Position numbers and translations under genes: made by a program. A DNA stretch of 20,000 nt from an uncultured virus (IMG/VR IMGVR_UViG_3300006924_000006) (lineage: Duplodnaviria; Heunggongvirae; Uroviricota; Caudoviricetes): IMG/VR virus record IMGVR_UViG_3300006924_000006. The stretch is one strand, 5' to 3'. This document shows positions 15,266 through 20,000 of this stretch, one piece after another. The notes beneath the pieces are model-generated. The model saw only the letters and a program-made list of their open reading frames with translations. It ran no database searches and was not told the origin of the DNA. How positions within the stretch are numbered: the first letter of the stretch is position 1; each line of letters starts with the position of its first letter.

Positions 15266-16410
15266 GACATATCCCACTCTGGCCTCAGACCAACGCCAAC
15301 GGGAAAACGTGGTACACCGTCCTCTGATAGCTCAAAGAATTCAACCGTAAGCTTCTCTCCGATATACTTTTCACCGTTCTCAAACAACTTAGCCCTCTCT
15401 TCGTGAGTTCCCTTTGGGCGAACGCCAAATTCTGTTCCGCCCTCAGTTACACAGCGCCAAACTACCAATCCAGACTCTCTTCCTTCGCCATCAGAGAATC
15501 CAACCACTTCGTATTCCTCAGAAGTAAAACGCTTAACCTTTTGCAGAGAATAACTTCGATTCTTGTAAACATAAGGGCTCCCAGCGTTTCTCGCCATCAG
15601 GCCTTCGTAGGAGGCGCTAACTGCCATCGCCTCATGTATGTTTAATTCATCTTCCGTGTTTGCAGTTAGAGTTTGTGCAATCACAATATTCGGAGCCTTT
15701 TCTGAAATGTCTTTAAAATTCTGATTATAGTCCGAATAAAAGGCAGCGCCCTCTCCATCTTGAATGACCATCCTATCTTCAAAGGGAAGAGTCTTATGTG
15801 GAAGGTCATAAATGTGATACTCTAACAGATCAGTATCTGGCCTCTGCTTTTTAGCAGCAGAAATAATCCTCTGAAAAGTCCAGCCATGGACATAGATCTC
15901 CCCGTCTGTACACTGGCCCTCTTCAAGAACCAGTTCTAGCTGACCTCTGATTTTTTCTAGAATATCTAAGACCTTTCCCTTTCTAGACCAAACTGTAACC
16001 TTGCCGTCTTTTTTTCTTGAAATACAACGAATTCCATCATACTTGAGCTGCGTATAACAGGGGAACTTTATCTTAGAAGAATGCTTATCATAACGGTGAG
16101 CGAGCATTGGAAGGAACAAGCCATCTGATGCGGATGGAATTTTAGCCTTATCCTCTACATAGCCTGAATCTTTCTTCCGACTATGGGCAGACTTAGCCTC
16201 AGAACATGCTTGCTCATAGCATGAAGTTTCATTTGCCCTTCCGATGTTCTTTCCTGCGCTGATATAACGCTGGTCAAGCTGCTTCTTTCCATCTTCGTAG
16301 CCATGCTCAGTTTCGAGATAGCAAGTTCCATCGCCCATCTTAAGAACAGAGATAGTCCACTGCTTAATCTTTCCGTTCTTTGACTTCCCATAAAGAGTTG
16401 ATAGCTTCAT
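15262..16410 (-). CDS. ATP-dependent DNA ligase with N-terminal extension
   Basis: Motif I QLKYDGIRC, III DGEIY, IIIa YHIYD, IV EGLMAR, V LQKVK, VI GVPRFPVGVGLR. Confidence 0.95.
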   Translation of the reverse strand: MKLSTLYGKSKNGKIKQWTISVLKMGDGTCYLETEHGYEDGKKQLDQRYISAGKNIGRANETSCYEQACSEAKSAHSRKKDSGYVEDKAKIPSASDGLFLPMLAHRYDKHSSKIKFPCYTQLKYDGIRCISRKKDGKVTVWSRKGKVLDILEKIRGQLELVLEEGQCTDGEIYVHGWTFQRIISAAKKQRPDTDLLEYHIYDLPHKTLPFEDRMVIQDGEGAAFYSDYNQNFKDISEKAPNIVIAQTLTANTEDELNIHEAMAVSASYEGLMARNAGSPYVYKNRSYSLQKVKRFTSEEYEVVGFSDGEGRESGLVVWRCVTEGGTEFGVRPKGTHEERAKLFENGEKYIGEKLTVEFFELSEDGVPRFPVGVGLRPEWDMS

Positions 16411-16456
16411 TTTTATCCAATTAAATTACAGAGTTATGTGATAAAAGCTAAAGTGT

Positions 16457-16532
16457 TGGTGGAGGCGACAGGAATCGAACCTGCGACCTGATGCTTGCAA
16501 AGCATCTGCTCTCCCGACTGAGCTACGCCCCC
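16457..16532 (-). tRNA. tRNA-Ala (anticodon UGC), CCA encoded
   Basis: 76-nt cloverleaf GGGGGCGTAGCTCAGTCGGGAGAGCAGATGCTTTGCAAGCATCAGGTCGCAGGTTCGATTCCTGTCGCCTCCACCA; G3:U70 pair and A73 discriminator. Confidence 0.97.
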
Positions 16533-16563
16533 AACACCTATATTTTACTTTAGAATGCAAATA

Positions 16564-17667
16564 TTATTCCGGCTTATTTAACATAAATTGCGCGGCGCTA
16601 TTCGCTTCGCTTCTCAAAAAGGTTTCGACAACAGTGCTAGTTCCATATCTATAAATTAGAATGTCACCATCATCGATTCCCCATTTCGCAGAGTATCCGC
16701 GAATCGTCTTGTCTTCTCGTCGTCCAAAAAACATAGAAAAGGTAACGAAGAACTCATTAGTCTCTCCGTTTTCTCGACTAAACTGCGAAGGATAGACGGT
16801 ACTTTGCGACCAGCCATCTAAATGATCTTCCTTATGATCAACTCTACCTATTTCGGCGGCAGCAAAAACAGACTCAAAGACAGAAAGGATTTTGTCTTCG
16901 CCTACTCGCTTTCTACGAGCGGCTGCAAATTCGCGTTGACGGAGAGTGTGAGCCTCTCTCTCTAAAGACACCTCTACTGATTCAAGAAAAGAGGGAACCG
17001 CCTTTCCTCTGCTTAAGTCAGGAGTAAGAGTAAGAACATTAATTGAAAAAACCTTTACGTCTTCATTCTCAATATCATCAAGTGTATCACAATCTTCTGT
17101 GCTTATATTGAACCTTACTTTGGGGATAACAAACTTATTATCTTTTGTCCAAAAAGCAGATTCGTTTAAGCTGGGGTATATTTCATCTGGAATATCATCC
17201 GAAGGATCATACTCAAGTTCCTTCAGACCCTTCGAAGGAGTTGTCGCATTAAACAAGCGCCACTCATAAGGACTGGCCCAATGACAGCCTCCGATTGCCA
17301 CCATCGTCTTGTCTGGGGATACTACAAACGGACCTGTTAGGCAGAACGAGTATCCGTCACCACGCCTAGAAAAAAGATCTCCGCTGGATAAATCAACTAA
17401 AGTATGACCCGTGTAAGTTTCCCCTCCAACAAACCAAGTTCCGCTAGCCAACTCTAGCACGCCCCATACAAACCAGCCGTAATTTCTTTTAATATCCGCA
17501 ATTTGCTTTCCATCGGAACTTGAGATAATTCCACGAGAATAATCCCAGCAACCTTTTTTTGTTCCGTAATACCGAACCTCAAGAGAGGCACCGTTTAGCA
17601 ACTCGTGCGTTTCCCGCTTTTCTTTTCTCTCATTATCATCAATGTAAAAATCTACTTCTTCAGTCAT
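16564..17667 (-). CDS. Hypothetical protein, 367 aa, beta-propeller-like N-terminal half
   Basis: Long ORF; VSPDKTMVAIGGCHWASPYEW resembles a WD40/TolB blade. Confidence 0.75.
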   Translation of the reverse strand: MTEEVDFYIDDNERKEKRETHELLNGASLEVRYYGTKKGCWDYSRGIISSSDGKQIADIKRNYGWFVWGVLELASGTWFVGGETYTGHTLVDLSSGDLFSRRGDGYSFCLTGPFVVSPDKTMVAIGGCHWASPYEWRLFNATTPSKGLKELEYDPSDDIPDEIYPSLNESAFWTKDNKFVIPKVRFNISTEDCDTLDDIENEDVKVFSINVLTLTPDLSRGKAVPSFLESVEVSLEREAHTLRQREFAAARRKRVGEDKILSVFESVFAAAEIGRVDHKEDHLDGWSQSTVYPSQFSRENGETNEFFVTFSMFFGRREDKTIRGYSAKWGIDDGDILIYRYGTSTVVETFLRSEANSAAQFMLNKPE

Positions 17668-17676
17668 CTTTCTTTC

Positions 17677-18294
17677 CTATCGAACAATGCTATCGGGGTG
17701 TACTTTGCATTCCCCGTGATGATGCCAGGACCACACCTTACAGGTCTCAATTCCGCAAGATTCAAACTGACCGTTTTTTGTCCAGTCTGATTGCTTGCAG
17801 GCGCAGCCATCCCAAGGAGAGCTTAGAACTTCTCCACCGAAATCACCCATAGAGACAAAGTGACTCTGCCTTAAGCTAAACCAGTGTCGGTCGCCAATTG
17901 GTCGCGGAACAGAATTCTTTGTATATCGAGAATTCTTTTTCTCGTCAGCACCCTCATGCTCACTGTTGTAATATTCGTGGTCGAACATAAACATTGCAGT
18001 CCAGCCAACTCCTTTTTTGAAGTCAACCTCTCCTACCGTTGCCGGACTGCCCTTGCGAAACAATAGGTCGCGTCCTGACCATCCATTCTTTGCAAGATAA
18101 GGGTTGTCTTCTTTGAAGACGACTCTATCTCCAGCGGCAAATGGAGAAGTTTCAAAGAACGCCTCAAGATATTCGTCAAGCCTTTCAAGCGCGTAAATAT
18201 AATCTCCAGTTTGAGTGGAGAGCGGGCCGCCTTGCGCCCAATCGATTACGTCTTTAATCTTTGAAAGATAAGAGTTATGCTTCATCTTGTCCAA
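17677..18294 (-). CDS. Hypothetical protein with Cys/His-rich C-terminus
   Basis: ORF track; CAC...SCG..TCK..WHHHGEC; the real start may be ATG 18285. Confidence 0.75.
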   Translation of the reverse strand: MDKMKHNSYLSKIKDVIDWAQGGPLSTQTGDYIYALERLDEYLEAFFETSPFAAGDRVVFKEDNPYLAKNGWSGRDLLFRKGSPATVGEVDFKKGVGWTAMFMFDHEYYNSEHEGADEKKNSRYTKNSVPRPIGDRHWFSLRQSHFVSMGDFGGEVLSSPWDGCACKQSDWTKNGQFESCGIETCKVWSWHHHGECKVHPDSIVR

Positions 18295-18463
18295 TCTTTA
18301 GCGCATCAGTAACTTGCTCATAAATCGAAACCATTGAACCAAACTTAGGAATCCCCTTATGCGTGGCAGCCAGAAACAAGGCTTTTAGAGCAGCATGAAG
18401 CTGCTTCTTTTCGGCCCTTAGCTCATCACAGGTTTCTTTTAAAATTTGAGCTTCCTTATCCAT
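18275..18463 (-). CDS. Small coiled-coil hypothetical protein, 62 aa
   Basis: ORF track; tight packing with neighbours. Confidence 0.65.
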   Translation of the reverse strand: MDKEAQILKETCDELRAEKKQLHAALKALFLAATHKGIPKFGSMVSIYEQVTDALKIGQDEA

Positions 18464-18466
18464 GTC

Positions 18467-18703
18467 TTAAGCCTTCTTCTTGTTAGTTATAGCCCAGCCA
18501 TTATCTGGACTCCATTCTACATTAGTTACAAACCTTAGCTCAAACTTACGGAACCAATAGATAGGCTCTATAAGAGATATAAAGAATGACCCATCTTTTC
18601 TCTCATATAAAAAATAATTTCTTCCAGTGACAGGCTCCATAGCCACTTGGGCCTCTCTAAGAGATTCCAAGACTTCTTTCTCCGTAAGAGTGTCTGAGTT
18701 CAT
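18467..18703 (-). CDS. DUF2452-like small protein
   Basis: EPVTGRNYFLYERKDGSFFISLIEP..W motif (family name from recall); TAATG coupling to the upstream gene. Confidence 0.6.
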   Translation of the reverse strand: MNSDTLTEKEVLESLREAQVAMEPVTGRNYFLYERKDGSFFISLIEPIYWFRKFELRFVTNVEWSPDNGWAITNKKKA

Positions 18704-18987
18704 TATTCTTCCGAAAACTCTCTAGGGGCGAACTCTGCCTCTGCGAACCACATATCCGCAGGGTCTCTTTCGTAACGAATGGTCTTCACCAGATATCTTG
18801 TCGTGTCCTCTTTGTTTTTCAGAATCAAAAAGTCTCCTTCTTCGATTCCTCGATGCCAACCGTAAAGAGAAATGGCCTGTCCACCATTCCGAACCTCTGT
18901 TACTCCATAGTTCTTTCCCCGGCCTTTAGAAGAAAGATCATGCTCACTTTTTTCGGAATTAATCATTTGGAGTTCCAAAAACATCAA
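18703..18987 (-). CDS. Hypothetical protein, about 90 aa
   Basis: ORF track; GIEEGDFLIL...TRYLVKTIRYERDPADMWFA. Confidence 0.7.
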   Translation of the reverse strand: MMFLELQMINSEKSEHDLSSKGRGKNYGVTEVRNGGQAISLYGWHRGIEEGDFLILKNKEDTTRYLVKTIRYERDPADMWFAEAEFAPREFSEE

Positions 18988-19189
18988 TAGTCTTCATTTC
19001 AGAATTATATGAATTGAAATCCTCCGAAGATCCGCAGTCAATAATATTGACCACCTCATATCCCTTGACATTGCTATGATCAAAACCGCACTTCATTCCA
19101 GAAATAACTTCACTAATATGCTCTGAGTTACATTCTTTCTCAAGAAAAACCTTGAGCATTACCAGGACCTGACTTCCAGTTTTACTCAT
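18959..19189 (-). CDS. Hypothetical protein, 76 aa
   Basis: ORF track; overlaps both neighbours slightly. Confidence 0.6.
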   Translation of the reverse strand: MSKTGSQVLVMLKVFLEKECNSEHISEVISGMKCGFDHSNVKGYEVVNIIDCGSSEDFNSYNSEMKTIDVFGTPND

Positions 19190-19394
19190 AATTTTTTAGT
19201 CCTATTCCGGGGTAATTAAAGCTTCCGCTTCGAACAGCTTTGGTCTCCGCTTTTCGCGCCTCACTATAGTCAGATCTTTCTGCCTCTCTCTTTGAACAAT
19301 TCAGGCAGATAAGCTGCTCATTGAACCACGACATAGAATATGAAGCAGTTTTCTCTAAGCATCTTTGGCAGAACCCATTCCAATTTATTTTCAT
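19182..19394 (-). CDS. Small CxxC...CxxC zinc-binding protein (probable start MKINWN at 19394)
   Basis: CQRC...MSWFNEQLICLNC...FNYPGIG; ATG immediately after the upstream stop. Confidence 0.72.
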   Translation of the reverse strand: MKINWNGFCQRCLEKTASYSMSWFNEQLICLNCSKREAERSDYSEARKAETKAVRSGSFNYPGIGLKNYE

Positions 19395-19395
19395 C

Positions 19396-19743
19396 TTAAT
19401 ATTCTGCCTGTTGCCTAATGTCCTCAAACCCTGGAGGCCAAGGATTAAGAAGGTGACTGGTTAGATAGCGAACAACATCTTTTGATGTACCTCCAATGTG
19501 CCATTCTGTTATGTCCTCAACCGCGAGACCTTCTTCTCCCAGGTAATTCCTTCCGTCCTTATAGTTATATATGGACGCAATATCGCCACCAACAAACTCC
19601 ACAGACCATTCTGCGTCGGTCTTATATCCGTCAGACTCTCCAGGCTCTCCAAGAGCTTCAACAAGCTTTGCGTAGCTAATATTGATATAGCCCTGAAGAC
19701 TGCCTCCGGCATAAACGACATTTACACTTCTAATCTTTGGCAT
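19396..19743 (-). CDS. Phage-type hypothetical protein (probable start MPKIRS at 19743)
   Basis: SLQGYI..SYAKLVEALGEP..DGYKTDAEW...SIYNYK...EWHIGG; GAGGAG SD. Confidence 0.75.
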   Translation of the reverse strand: MPKIRSVNVVYAGGSLQGYINISYAKLVEALGEPGESDGYKTDAEWSVEFVGGDIASIYNYKDGRNYLGEEGLAVEDITEWHIGGTSKDVVRYLTSHLLNPWPPGFEDIRQQAEY

Positions 19744-19768
19744 CACGTTCTCCTCAGAAAGACAGAAG

Positions 19769-19796
19769 GCCACTCTGGCATATTCTCCAGAGTGGC
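19769..19796 (-). terminator. 10-bp hairpin, possible terminator or attenuator
   Basis: GCCACTCTGG / CCAGAGTGGC with 8-nt loop, followed on the minus strand by the imperfect U-rich CTTCTGTCTTTCT. Confidence 0.5.
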
Positions 19797-19846
19797 AGCC
19801 TATCTCTAGTTTGTACAAATAAATTTCATCATAACCTTATGAACTC

Positions 19847-20000
19847 TCAAGAAATTTCCTCTGGGTCTACATAATTATCATCATTTTCTTTGCCCAAACA
19901 TCCACATTGCATTTTTCTCAAAGCCGGAGTATCACTTCGTCTCACAGGAACATGGTTCTCATCTATAAGATTTCCCTCTAAGCATTTACAAATTTCAATC
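19847..20000 (-). CDS. Partial hypothetical protein (C-terminus ...CKC...CGC...DPEEIS)
   Basis: Manual translation: 50 codons open from the window end to TGA at 19849-19847. Confidence 0.55.
   Translation of the reverse strand, partial: IEICKCLEGNLIDENHVPVRRSDTPALRKMQCGCLGKENDDNYVDPEEIS

Noticed and set aside
16536..16567. Possible third copy of the GTAATAT/ACTATAT element upstream of the tRNA
   Set aside because: Both boxes are mismatched, spacing is off by one and the A-tract is absent; could be chance in AT-rich DNA.
1..20000. Stop-codon reassignment (TAG/TGA recoding seen in some large phages)
   Set aside because: Conserved genes are full length in code 11 and end in TAG, TGA or TAA at the expected positions; the one broken gene needs a frame change, not readthrough.
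1..20000. CRISPR array, intron/intein, transposase or integrase
   Set aside because: No regularly spaced repeats seen; GroEL, ligase, GS and exonuclease are uninterrupted; no recombinase motifs recognised.

Overview
Densely packed, almost entirely minus-strand gene array in the standard genetic code (TAA, TAG and TGA all used as stops; GGAG-type Shine-Dalgarno sites common). It reads as part of a large (jumbo/huge) bacteriophage genome rather than a cellular chromosome. Isolated host-like genes sit among many short orphan ORFs: a GroEL with no neighbouring GroES, SpoU/TrmH RNA methyltransferase, type II glutamine synthetase, stand-alone 5'-3' exonuclease, minimal TilS, hotdog thioesterase, CCA/poly(A)-polymerase-like nucleotidyltransferase, SAM methyltransferase, RpoH-like sigma factor, ATP-dependent DNA ligase and tRNA-Ala(UGC). 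Signals not shown by the ORF track: (1) a conserved ~47-nt intergenic element present twice (1696-1743, 10009-10055) that looks like a non-sigma70 promoter, possibly read by the phage's own sigma; (2) a hidden, -1 frameshifted tandem paralog at 14940-15265; (3) two unrelated proteins ending in an SSB-like acidic-PF tail; (4) a candidate late-promoter motif CTARTAAT about 30 nt upstream of two genes; (5) a missed 55-aa ORF and several 5'-UTR hairpins. Family names are from motif recognition only; no searches were run.
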